Assembly (NCBI GenBank): GCA_002737625.1
Contig: NSIB01000001.1
Coordinates: 1-62,175 of the forward strand
Reading direction: 5' to 3'
From: Flavobacteriales bacterium
GTDB lineage: Bacteria > Bacteroidota > Bacteroidia > NS11-12g > UBA955
DNA length: 62,175 nucleotides
Shown: positions 10,901 to 18,516 of the stretch, one piece after another
Position numbering within the stretch: position 1 is the first letter of the stretch
How the letters are laid out: each line of letters starts with the position of its first letter
The notes under the pieces: generated by a model
What the model saw: only the letters and a program-made list of their open reading frames with translations
What the model was told of the DNA's origin: nothing
The model's database searches: none
Made by a program: the position numbers and the translations under genes

Positions 10901-11419
10901 TGTATCATGCTTTAAATAGATTTCATTCCCCGAATATGTTGTTGTGATGGCGCCCACAAATCCGGGTTGATCTTGAATTCGTTTGCCTTTTTTAGTATCA
11001 CTACCAAGGATTAACGTAGTGTTGGCAGCATAAAAATTGTTAAAACTTTTATACTCCCCTGCAGAAAATATCCAATCGCGGGTAGATTGTCCGTAAAACA
11101 AAATATAATCGCCATCATCCCATTTTCCATCCGACTCACCTTCGATAAAAATAGGTATTTCAGGACTTTGAGGGGCTGGTGATGAATAATTCATTTGGCT
11201 CAGTTCCGCACCTTGAATACCAAACAATTGAAAATTTCTGGGATCCGAATTTTGTACATCCAAACCCATCTTAGCGAGTTCCGATTTTGTAATTTTTTGG
11301 ATTCCTGAATTGTAGATTTGCAACTGCACCCATTTCCCATTAGCCAAAAAAGACTGGGCTTTCAGGCCAACAATTGGCAAAAAAACGAGCAGGGCTATTG
11401 ACTTAAAATGAAGCTTCAC
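7979..11419 (-). CDS. porU: type IX secretion system sortase PorU (C25-like peptidase)
   Basis: 1146 aa with a signal peptide. The gingipain/C25-like core includes FGAASYDMQDR, NYQGHGG and FTATCEFSQYDDP (Cys/His dyad context). Shows porU-porV-gldJ neighbourhood synteny as known in Flavobacterium johnsoniae. Confidence 0.88.
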   Translation of the reverse strand: MKLHFKSIALLVFLPIVGLKAQSFLANGKWVQLQIYNSGIQKITKSELAKMGLDVQNSDPRNFQLFGIQGAELSQMNYSSPAPQSPEIPIFIEGESDGKWDDGDYILFYGQSTRDWIFSAGEYKSFNNFYAANTTLILGSDTKKGKRIQDQPGFVGAITTTYSGNEIYLKHDTDLINPAGMGRTWFGEKFGNETTNKSFVTNVPSYVDSVWVKITFAATMIDDTGSLVVNANGKHFRYNLRAIYGSYENYTYLEKVFKIPVVGGSVNLQFKLNRPNTKSYGYLDFYEISSSSPDKQPSSNITITPTSTSFIRHAQMASNQNNIAYEFATSAMNCRVWNVSVPLQPTSVSIQPVSGSKLSILLKSKSDHHTFICFDPNANDFLKPKFIKVLSNQNIAFQGAYEFIVITHPNFTKAANALKAFREAAPTNFKTVVITPQEIYNEFSGGMQDLVAIRNFLRWQYKYSESQGVKLRFVTLFGAASYDMQDRLADNTNFIPVYQSSNNNANFSLDDFLGYLDSAEGDPEIIKSKLTVPVGRIPCYTNDEAMGVVEKLKRYSSPLALGPWRSNIAFGCDDADESWETEFVLESEKNAQYLNQFYPYLNVNKLYSDAFKQSTTGNNESYPDMSAAINRSIKDGVLFFNYQGHGGLKGWAQESILDIPMINGWENTYRMPIMFTATCEFSQYDDPKSKSAGVLAMLNPKGGAIALMSTTRLVYVSGNTQINSDFWTKYGFPKPNEPIPTLGEVFQKMKNRPPPYNSEDNKFALLGDASMPIAFPKHIIAVDSVNGKSISAYRDTVKAFSIITLKGHVNERLVGKFNKFNGTMWVKVFDKPSQKFTLNNDKSTLPVPFLEQSGVLFNGQVSVKNGEFQLVFSVPKDISYNYGIGVAKFYAHNGETDAAGSWQFIIGGSEVGINPGTDGPIVHSYMQDTTFISGGKVARDVDFVARIFDKDGINATGAGIGRDLLLVVDEGTEEARSYVLNDYFSYDVNSYTTGTIRFPLNGLQPGKHFLTCKAWDIYNNGGKGSVECLVIPARTFEITESSAFPVPFDGRESSGSAGSQAFTVSVRHTLPGENITSKWFVYDAAGREVQQGGVWLESAQNKVDAMVWDGRSHNGDQLMGGIYFYQIVLTTEDGLKQSVGGKFIKL

Positions 11420-11527
11420 AGTGATGTAACGTAAAAAATCAAATTTACGTCAATTAAATTCGATTTTAATACAAAATTTCAACACCTAATTTGCGATAGA
11501 CTGGGCAAAGTTTTTGAGTTTTTGCAA

Positions 11528-11535
11528 TATATTTG
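11528..11535 (+). promoter_or_regulatory. -7 promoter box candidate (TATATTTG) for the PorP/SprF-family gene
   Basis: Matches TAnnTTTG, 41 nt upstream of ATG 11577 in the porU/porP divergent region. No convincing -33 TTG. Confidence 0.3.
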
Positions 11536-11576
11536 GCTTTGAATCGTTTTATTTGTAGTTTTGTTAATCGTACCAT

Positions 11577-12578
11577 ATGAAAAGAGTAATACGTACAATT
11601 AGTCTTGGTTTGTTTGGAGGGCTTGCTCTTCAACTCCAAGCTCAGGATCCAGAGCTCACTCAGTTCTATGCCGCTCCAGTATACACAAACCCAGCATTGG
11701 CGGGGTCTGCAGTATGTGCTTACGGTGCTGCAGGAAGGGTTTCTTTGAACTATAGAAACCAATGGCCAAACCTACCAGGAACCTTTCGTTCTTTCTGCGC
11801 ATCATGGGATCAACACATGCCTAATGTAGGTGGAGGATTGGGAGCCATGGTTTTTCATGATATCGCAGGTTCAGGTTTATTAACATCAACCACTGTGAGT
11901 GGTGTATATTCATACTTACTGCCTTTGGACAGAGGGAGAATGTACATGCGTTTTGGACTTCAAGGATCAATCACCAATAAATCAATCAATTTTGGTCGTT
12001 TGAAATTTGCAGACCAAATCAATCCTACGCAAGGATTTACATTACCAACAGGCGAACAAACGCCTTCTAGCAGTGTGACATACCCCAATTTCAATGCGGG
12101 CTGGGTTATGTACACCTCAAAATTCTATATGGGTTTTGCTGCACACAATATCAATCAACCCAACTGGAGTTTTTATAAAAATCCTGATGAAATTTTGCCG
12201 ATGCGTTTGACTGTTCACGCTGGAGGCGTTATCCCAATGACAAGAAGTCGTTTTGAAGAAAACAATTTCTCTCCCAACGTATTATTCATGAAACAAAGGA
12301 ATTTTACACAGTTGAATTTGGGTTTCTATGCAAACAAAGGACCTTTGGTGACTGGTTTGTGGTTCCGTCAGACATTTGGCGCATTCAAAAACTCGGATGC
12401 CATCATTATGTTGGTTGGATTCAGAAAGAACCGCTTCAAATTTGGATATAGTTACGACTTTACAGTGAGTGACGGTAGAAGTGCCATCCCCTCAAGTCAT
12501 GAAATCAGCGCTACAATTGACTGGTGTGTACCTCCAGGAAGAATGCCTTTCAAACCTTTACACTGTCCAGAATTCTAA
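11577..12578 (+). CDS. PorP/SprF family type IX secretion system membrane protein
   Basis: 333 aa with a signal peptide. The N-terminal motif DPELTQFYAAPVYTNPALAG and the NYRNQWP block are the PorP/SprF signature. Confidence 0.85.
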   Translation: MKRVIRTISLGLFGGLALQLQAQDPELTQFYAAPVYTNPALAGSAVCAYGAAGRVSLNYRNQWPNLPGTFRSFCASWDQHMPNVGGGLGAMVFHDIAGSGLLTSTTVSGVYSYLLPLDRGRMYMRFGLQGSITNKSINFGRLKFADQINPTQGFTLPTGEQTPSSSVTYPNFNAGWVMYTSKFYMGFAAHNINQPNWSFYKNPDEILPMRLTVHAGGVIPMTRSRFEENNFSPNVLFMKQRNFTQLNLGFYANKGPLVTGLWFRQTFGAFKNSDAIIMLVGFRKNRFKFGYSYDFTVSDGRSAIPSSHEISATIDWCVPPGRMPFKPLHCPEF

Positions 12579-12588
12579 CAAAAATATA

Positions 12589-12596
12589 TATATTTG
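12589..12596 (+). promoter_or_regulatory. -7 promoter box candidate (TATATTTG) for gldJ
   Basis: Matches TAnnTTTG, 40 nt upstream of ATG 12636. Confidence 0.35.
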
Positions 12597-12635
12597 CAAA
12601 TAATATACAGTATCTGTCGTTATTAATAACTAAGA

Positions 12636-14162
12636 ATGCAAACCGTGTTAACAAAAAATCGCACTTGGATTTGGGCAATCGCAGCCATTGTGGCTACTAG
12701 CGCCTGTACTACTAAGAATGTCAGCAAGACCACCGGCCAAGGATATAACAATCCAAAATGGGGTGGATTTGCCAATCCTAAGTACAAAGGACAAGAAACT
12801 GGTCCTGGTTTAGTATTGGTTGAAGGTGGATCTTTCACCATGGGATCAACGGAAAAAGATCTTCAATTCGACAACAACAACGCCGAAAGAACAGTAACTG
12901 TTAATTCATTCTATATGGATGAAGTAGAAGTTAACAACTTGCAATACCGCGAATATGTGTATTGGTTGATGCGTACCTATGTGAGTTACCCTGAAGTTTA
13001 TCAACGCGCCCTTCCCGATTCATTGTGTTGGAGAAGCAAATTGGCTTATAACGAGCCTTTCGTTGAATATTACTTCCGCCACCCTTCTTATAAGGACTAT
13101 CCTGTAGTTGGTGTTAATTGGGCACAAGCCGCAGAATTTGCACAATGGAGAACTGAGCGTGTAAATGAAATGATTTTGGATCGTGAAGGTATCGTCAAGT
13201 TTGATATCGTAACTGACAACAACGACGATAACACGTTCCACACTCGCACTTACCTCGCTGGTCAATATGATTTCATCAAAAAGGGGAAAAAGCCTTTAAA
13301 GGACTTCAGCAAGAAGAAGAAGAAAGATCAAAAGCGCTTTAAGGTATTGATGGAAGACGGTATCATGTTGCCTGAATATCGTTTGCCAACTGAAGCTGAA
13401 TGGGAATATGCCGCACAAGCAAATGTTGGTGAAGTAACTTTCAACAACATCGATCAAAAGAAAATCTACGGTTGGGCAGATTATACAATCCGTATAAAAG
13501 AAGAAAATGAGAAAGATCGTGGTAAGATTCGTTTGAATGCCATGGTTGGAAAAGGAGATTTCGGTGGAGTTGCTGGTGGTCCTTTGAATGACGGTGGTTT
13601 AGTACCTACTCCAGTGTTTTCATATTGGCCAAACTCTTATGGTTTGTACAACATGGAAGGCAACGTAGCTGAATGGACTATGGATGTGTATCGTCCGTTA
13701 TCTCAAGAAGACTTCGATGCGTTCATGCCATTCCGTGGTAACGTATATAAGACATTGGTTTTGGATCAATATGGTGTAATCGAGCAAAAAGATTCATTGG
13801 GTCGTTTGTTGTATCGTGATGTTACTGAGCGTGAAAACGTAAATCGCAGAAACTATAAAAAGTCCGATAATATTGGTTTCAAAGACGAAGAGAATTATAA
13901 CAATGGTGATATGACCTACGAATACGGTGTTACTTCATTGGTTAACAACAAAGCCCGTGTTTACAAAGGCGCATCATGGAACGATCGTATTTATTGGGCA
14001 TCTCCTGGAACACGTCGTTTCTTAGATGAAAAGCAAAGTCAGTCTAACATTGGATTCCGTTGTGCAATGATTCGCATTGGTTCACCGGTGGGTAATGGCA
14101 AAAAGAAATACAACAACTTACCTAGCTCTGGTATAGACAAAAAGACGAAGCGTCGCAGATAA
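12636..14162 (+). CDS. gldJ: gliding motility lipoprotein GldJ (SUMF1/FGE-fold)
   Basis: Lipobox ATSAC. The N-terminal block KWGGFANPKYKGQETGPGLVLVEGGSFTMG matches the GldJ N-terminal block, together with FGE-sulfatase-like repeats (YRLPTEAEWEYAA, GFRCAM). Lies next to porU/porV. Confidence 0.9.
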   Translation: MQTVLTKNRTWIWAIAAIVATSACTTKNVSKTTGQGYNNPKWGGFANPKYKGQETGPGLVLVEGGSFTMGSTEKDLQFDNNNAERTVTVNSFYMDEVEVNNLQYREYVYWLMRTYVSYPEVYQRALPDSLCWRSKLAYNEPFVEYYFRHPSYKDYPVVGVNWAQAAEFAQWRTERVNEMILDREGIVKFDIVTDNNDDNTFHTRTYLAGQYDFIKKGKKPLKDFSKKKKKDQKRFKVLMEDGIMLPEYRLPTEAEWEYAAQANVGEVTFNNIDQKKIYGWADYTIRIKEENEKDRGKIRLNAMVGKGDFGGVAGGPLNDGGLVPTPVFSYWPNSYGLYNMEGNVAEWTMDVYRPLSQEDFDAFMPFRGNVYKTLVLDQYGVIEQKDSLGRLLYRDVTERENVNRRNYKKSDNIGFKDEENYNNGDMTYEYGVTSLVNNKARVYKGASWNDRIYWASPGTRRFLDEKQSQSNIGFRCAMIRIGSPVGNGKKKYNNLPSSGIDKKTKRRR

Positions 14163-14178
14163 TCAGCTAGTAATAACA

Positions 14179-14235
14179 ATTCACTTATAAAAAGAGAGGC
14201 CGCCCATAGGGCGGCCTCTCTTTTTATAAGTGAAT
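14179..14235. terminator. bidirectional intrinsic terminator: perfect 27-bp inverted repeat with a 3-nt loop
   Basis: ATTCACTTATAAAAAGAGAGGCCGCCC-ata-GGGCGGCCTCTCTTTTTATAAGTGAAT. GC core flanked by A-runs and T-runs on both sides. Lies between convergent gldJ (+) and tRNA-Gly (-). Confidence 0.75.
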
Positions 14236-14327
14236 TGGCAACGTTTTGATTGTTGCTTGAAATTGTAGACCTATCTAGTGAAATTGAAATGCAGAGCATT
14301 AAAATATGAATAAATCGGCATGGCATT

Positions 14328-14359
14328 AAAAAAAGAAAAGCCCCGTTTCCGGGGCTTTT
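14328..14359 (-). terminator. intrinsic terminator downstream of tRNA-Gly
   Basis: The minus strand reads AAAAGCCCCGgaaaCGGGGCTTTTCTTTTTTT: a GC stem followed by a T-run. Confidence 0.7.
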
Positions 14360-14371
14360 GTGTGCTCTAAG

Positions 14372-14444
14372 AGCGAGAAACGAGACTCGAACTCGCGACC
14401 CCAACCTTGGCAAGGTTGTGCTCTACCAACTGAGCTATTCTCGC
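14372..14444 (-). tRNA. tRNA-Gly (anticodon GCC)
   Basis: The minus strand reads GCGAGAATAGCTCAGTTGGTAGAGCACAACCTTGCCAAGGTTGGGGTCGCGAGTTCGAGTCTCGTTTCTCGCT. The cloverleaf folds by hand (7-bp acceptor, D arm GCTC/GAGC, anticodon stem CAACC/GGTTG with loop TTGCCAA, T loop TTCGAGT). CCA is not encoded. Confidence 0.93.
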
Positions 14445-14471
14445 TTGAAGTATGAACTTTTAAGCGTGGTG

Positions 14472-14502
14472 CAAAAATAGGTCAATATTTCTTTTCCATC
14501 AA
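14472..14502 (-). promoter_or_regulatory. Bacteroidota-type promoter candidate for tRNA-Gly (-33 TTG, 20-nt spacer, -7 TATTTTTG)
   Basis: The minus strand reads cTTGatggaaaagaaatattgaccTATTTTTG, ending 27 nt upstream of the tRNA 5' end. Confidence 0.45.
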
Positions 14503-14525
14503 GCAGATTCGAAAAAAAAGAAAAA

Positions 14526-14899
14526 AAGGCAGTCCTGTAAGCCGGGTTCTGTACCCAAGTTTCCTTGAGCTTCTATCATTGATCTGGGATGTTACTCACG
14601 TAACACCTCTATCGGTCTACCCTCCTGGCCTGCCGAAGCAATTGAGCGGACCACCCATGTCCAGGTTTATTTGACCTTTCAACCCGCAAGGTTTGTCCCG
14701 ATCCTGAATCACTCCAGAACGAGTGGGCTCTTACCCCACTTTTTCACCCTTACCTCTCGAAAGAGGCGGTTTTGCTTTCTGTGACACTTTCTGTCATCTC
14801 AGGCCGAAACCTAAAATGCCTTCTTATTAGGAAGTACGGCGCCCTTTGTTGCCCGGACTTTCCTATTCGCTTTTACGAATCGATAGAACGGACTGCCAA
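14526..14899 (-). ncRNA. rnpB: RNase P RNA, bacterial class A
   Basis: The minus strand contains the universal blocks GGAAAGTCCGGGC (P4 5' strand), ACAGAAAGC, GGTAAGGGTGAAA, GGTAAGAGCCCAC and ACAGAACCCGGCTTA (P4 3' strand). P1 pairs GGCAGTCC (5') with GGACTGCC (3'). Length is about 374 nt, in a 540-nt region free of supportable ORFs. Ends are approximate to within a few nt. Confidence 0.9.
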
Positions 14900-14903
14900 T
14901 TTT

Positions 14904-14911
14904 CAAAGGTA
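14904..14911 (-). promoter_or_regulatory. -7 promoter box candidate (TACCTTTG) for rnpB
   Basis: The minus strand reads gtTACCTTTGaaaattGGCAGTCC. The box ends about 5-7 nt before the predicted rnpB 5' end, the expected TSS distance. Confidence 0.45.
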
Positions 14912-14960
14912 ACACCGAATTTGGTGGAAAACACAAGGTCGCTGCAATAACACGATTTCT

Positions 14961-14968
14961 TATCTTTG
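14961..14968 (+). promoter_or_regulatory. -7 promoter box candidate (TATCTTTG) for gatB
   Basis: TATCTTTGTAA lies 12 nt upstream of ATG 14981, divergent from the rnpB promoter. Confidence 0.4.
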
Positions 14969-14980
14969 TAATCTCGCAGT

Positions 14981-16429
14981 ATGGAAACACAATTTGAGGT
15001 AGTCATAGGACTAGAAATACACGTTCAATTACAAACCAAGAGCAAAGCCTTCTCTTCGGATAGTATCGAATATGGTGCACTGCCCAATACACAGGTCAGC
15101 CCCATCAGTTTAGGTCATCCCGGAACTTTACCCATGCACAACCGCGCGGCCATCGACAATGCCATCAAAATGGGATTGGCCCTCAATTGCAACATCCGTG
15201 AAGTGAATCGATATGCCCGTAAAAACTATTTCTACGCCGATTTACCGAAAGGATATCAAATCACACAGTTCAATACTCCATTGTGCGATAACGGTGCCGT
15301 ACAGATCAAATTGGGCGATGGAACGATCAAAGAAATTCGTCTTACCCGCATCCATATGGAGGAAGACACAGGCAAAAGCATGCACGACCAAGATCTTTAC
15401 GATACTTTAGTAGATTACAACCGTGCTGGTACCGCGTTGATTGAAGTGGTTACAGAACCCGACATTAAATCAGGGGAAGAGGCCTATGCCTTCGTTACAG
15501 AAATTCGTCGTCTAGTTCGATATCTAGACATCTGCGATGGAAACATGGAAGAAGGAAGCCTGCGTTGTGATGCAAACATTTCTATCATGCCCAAGGGAAG
15601 CAAAGTGTTTGGTACCAAGGTGGAAGTGAAAAACATGAACTCCATTTCCAACGTGAAGCGCGCCATCGATTTTGAAATTGCCCGTCAAACTGAAGTATTA
15701 AACGGCGGAGGCATCATCCAAGGTGAAACCCGCGGATTTAATGGCCTTAATGAAAGTACCTTTAGTTTGCGTAAAAAGGAAGCCATCAACGATTACCGAT
15801 TTTTTCCAGAACCAGACTTGCCGCCCACGATTGTAACCAAAGAATATATCGCCCAAGTAAAATCAGGGATGCCAGAATTGCCAGCTACCTTGTACAACCG
15901 CTTTACGCGTGAATATGGACTGAGCGATTACGATGCTTCGGTGTTGGTAGATGATAAGCACAGTGCGCTCTATTTTGAAAAGGTTGTGGGCATATCGCCA
16001 AAGTACAAGCAAGCCAGTAACTGGATTTCAGGTCCAATTCGCGGCTATTTGAATGAGAATGCATTGAGCATGGATGAATTTCAACTTGCTCCAGGCCAGA
16101 TTGCTGAAATCATCGAACTGATCGAATCCAATAAAATCAGCCATACTGCTGCAACACAACAGCTATTCCCTGCCCTTACAAAGCAATCAGAATCATCCCC
16201 TACGGAGTTGGTTGAATCAATGGGCTTGGCCAATATTACCGACACTTCTTTTATCGATGAGATTGTTCAAATGATATTATCCGAATTCCCTGAAAAAGTG
16301 GCAGAATACAAAGCAGGAAAAGTTGGTTTGATGGGCTTGTTTGTCGGTGAGGTCATGAAGCGCTCACAAGGCAAAGCCGATCCAAAAACAGCCAATGTAT
16401 TGGTAAAAAAGGCATTGGATAGTATTTAA
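14981..16429 (+). CDS. gatB: Asp-tRNA(Asn)/Glu-tRNA(Gln) amidotransferase subunit B
   Basis: 482 aa. Starts FEVVIGLEIHVQL, with NRAGTALIEVVTEPD, LRCDANIS and a C-terminal GatB/YqeY domain. Confidence 0.96.
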   Translation: METQFEVVIGLEIHVQLQTKSKAFSSDSIEYGALPNTQVSPISLGHPGTLPMHNRAAIDNAIKMGLALNCNIREVNRYARKNYFYADLPKGYQITQFNTPLCDNGAVQIKLGDGTIKEIRLTRIHMEEDTGKSMHDQDLYDTLVDYNRAGTALIEVVTEPDIKSGEEAYAFVTEIRRLVRYLDICDGNMEEGSLRCDANISIMPKGSKVFGTKVEVKNMNSISNVKRAIDFEIARQTEVLNGGGIIQGETRGFNGLNESTFSLRKKEAINDYRFFPEPDLPPTIVTKEYIAQVKSGMPELPATLYNRFTREYGLSDYDASVLVDDKHSALYFEKVVGISPKYKQASNWISGPIRGYLNENALSMDEFQLAPGQIAEIIELIESNKISHTAATQQLFPALTKQSESSPTELVESMGLANITDTSFIDEIVQMILSEFPEKVAEYKAGKVGLMGLFVGEVMKRSQGKADPKTANVLVKKALDSI

Positions 16430-16439
16430 TTTACCAATC

Positions 16440-18437
16440 ATGGGGGTGCCTAAAACATATCTTATTGGCGGGGGGTACAGAAAAATGGTACGCGTTTTAT
16501 TGCGGTCTTTTTTATGGATGATCGTTTGCATTTTTTGGCTTTTTTGCAGACCGTTACAGGGCCAAACGCGTAATTTGAATGGCAGTCCCGCGCTGGGCCA
16601 AATGATTGATTCAACGAGTGAATCGGCGACCGGTTTTATCTTACCTCGCAACCCTAAGACACTACCTTTCTTAGATACTTCGGTGAATTTGATCCAGTCT
16701 TATCAAGTGAGTACCATTGCCAATATTTTAGCGACCTACGAAGCGAGAACCACAGGCGGCCAAACGATTATGCATATTGGCGATGAGCAAGTTGCAAGCA
16801 TTTCAGCATTGTTTCATAAAGGTTTGATGGGTAGCGCTGCAACACCGGGCATTTTTTTCCCCAGCACCTTGGCCAACCATTCCATACCAACGGATCTGAA
16901 AACAAGTCATTCGGGATTATGGACATACGCCACTCCCATCGAGACAAATCGCTTATTGGCCGCAGGAATCACAGGATATGTGGCTCAGACTATCGAAGCG
17001 GGTAGTTCTATTAAGATTCAAATTCCCACAAATTATGAGCGTGTTTCGGATCGATTGACATTGTATTGCGAGCGAAGCGAGCTGAGTTTTGATATTATCA
17101 TACAAACCTGTTCAGGTAGAAAATCAGACGGCACCCCTATCAACCCCATAAAAAAAGAATTTGCAAGTGGATCCGCTTTTCGTAATAGAATGGAAACCAT
17201 TGAGTTACCTCTAACCGCGGGGACAAAAGAGGTTCTAATCACTTGTAAAAAAAGCAAGCCTACACAACAGAGTTTTACATTGTGGGGAGCATCTTTAACA
17301 AACAGCGCTACACTCCAATTTCATAGCATCGGGATGAGAGGCTCTGGGTATTCTGATTTACTCCGATTGGAGCAGTTCTTTGAACAGCTACCTACCTTAA
17401 ATCCCGATATTATTTTACTTGATTTTGGATTGTACGATAATTACAGAGCCCAAGAAAATGAGGCAATTTATCTTAGACCCCTAAAAGACTGCCTAACCAA
17501 GATTAAGGCCTCGGTTCCCTCGGCCAAAATTGTGGTGTGTATTCCCCAAGATTGCATTCGTGGCGGACGTACATTACAAACCTTTGAGAAATTTGAACAG
17601 GCCGTAATCAATCTGTGTAAAACGGAGCGAGTGGCCTATTACGATTGGTTCCGCGTTGCCGGCGGAAAATATTCAGCGCAATATTGGGCTGATTATCAAT
17701 TATTTAAACCCGATGGCCTGCATTTGGAAGAACCTGGAGAAAGCCTAAAAACACAATGCTATGTTTCGGCATTTCAGCAAACCCAAAACCGGTACGTTAA
17801 CGGCTACCGTCAATTCAGCCTACCCGCAGACAGCAGTAAGCGTTTGGCATTTAGAACCAGAGACACCTTGAGCAAGAACGTATTGGTTTCAGAAGTGTGG
17901 CGATACCACGTGGTTAGAAGAGGCGAAACCGCCTATCGAATTGCGTTGCGATATGGAATCACCGTTGCACAGTTGAAAGAATGGAATCATCTCCGAAATT
18001 ATAATATTGCGGCGGGCACGAGACTTAAAGTGGGAAAAATATCCATCGCTACCAAGACGGACCCTATCCAATCGGTTGAAACCAAAGATAGTACAGACGC
18101 CGAGTCCAATGCCGATATCACCCCTGTTATTATTCCCGGAAAATCTCCAGTAAAAATCACTCCAAAAGCAGATAACGGCAATAATCCGAAATTGAATTCA
18201 TCCAATCAAAACAAGGAAATCAGTGATACTGCTTCAAACAACTCGGTATCGCCTAAGCCCGATGATAGACCTGTCCATACCAACATTCCCTCTAAAGTTA
18301 AATATCACAAAGTTCAGCCGGGACAAACGCTTTATTCCATTTCTAAAGCCTACGGTATGGACGTAGAAACGCTAAAACGACTAAATGGTTTGAGGAGCAA
18401 TAACATAGCCGTTGGTAGACTGCTTAGGGTTCGATAA
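16440..18437 (+). CDS. SGNH/GDSL-like hydrolase-fold protein with two C-terminal LysM domains
   Basis: Two LysM repeats (YHVVRRGETAYRIALRYGITVAQLKEWNHL and YHKVQPGQTLYSISKAYGMDVETLKRLNGL). Upstream SGNH-like blocks are IMHIGDEQV, SIGMRGSGY, LLDFGLYDN and PDGLHL. The true start may be the internal MVRVLL at 16485. Confidence 0.65.
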   Translation: MGVPKTYLIGGGYRKMVRVLLRSFLWMIVCIFWLFCRPLQGQTRNLNGSPALGQMIDSTSESATGFILPRNPKTLPFLDTSVNLIQSYQVSTIANILATYEARTTGGQTIMHIGDEQVASISALFHKGLMGSAATPGIFFPSTLANHSIPTDLKTSHSGLWTYATPIETNRLLAAGITGYVAQTIEAGSSIKIQIPTNYERVSDRLTLYCERSELSFDIIIQTCSGRKSDGTPINPIKKEFASGSAFRNRMETIELPLTAGTKEVLITCKKSKPTQQSFTLWGASLTNSATLQFHSIGMRGSGYSDLLRLEQFFEQLPTLNPDIILLDFGLYDNYRAQENEAIYLRPLKDCLTKIKASVPSAKIVVCIPQDCIRGGRTLQTFEKFEQAVINLCKTERVAYYDWFRVAGGKYSAQYWADYQLFKPDGLHLEEPGESLKTQCYVSAFQQTQNRYVNGYRQFSLPADSSKRLAFRTRDTLSKNVLVSEVWRYHVVRRGETAYRIALRYGITVAQLKEWNHLRNYNIAAGTRLKVGKISIATKTDPIQSVETKDSTDAESNADITPVIIPGKSPVKITPKADNGNNPKLNSSNQNKEISDTASNNSVSPKPDDRPVHTNIPSKVKYHKVQPGQTLYSISKAYGMDVETLKRLNGLRSNNIAVGRLLRVR

Positions 18438-18516
18438 AAGATTATTAAACCTATTTCCATTAGGTTTCGTCTAATGGTGTTTATACCCAATTAATTAATA
18501 CCGATATTTGTAGAAC

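Noticed and set aside
14039-14413. 124-aa minus-strand ORF
   Set aside because: It runs through the gldJ 3' end, two terminator hairpins and part of tRNA-Gly, so it is not a plausible gene.
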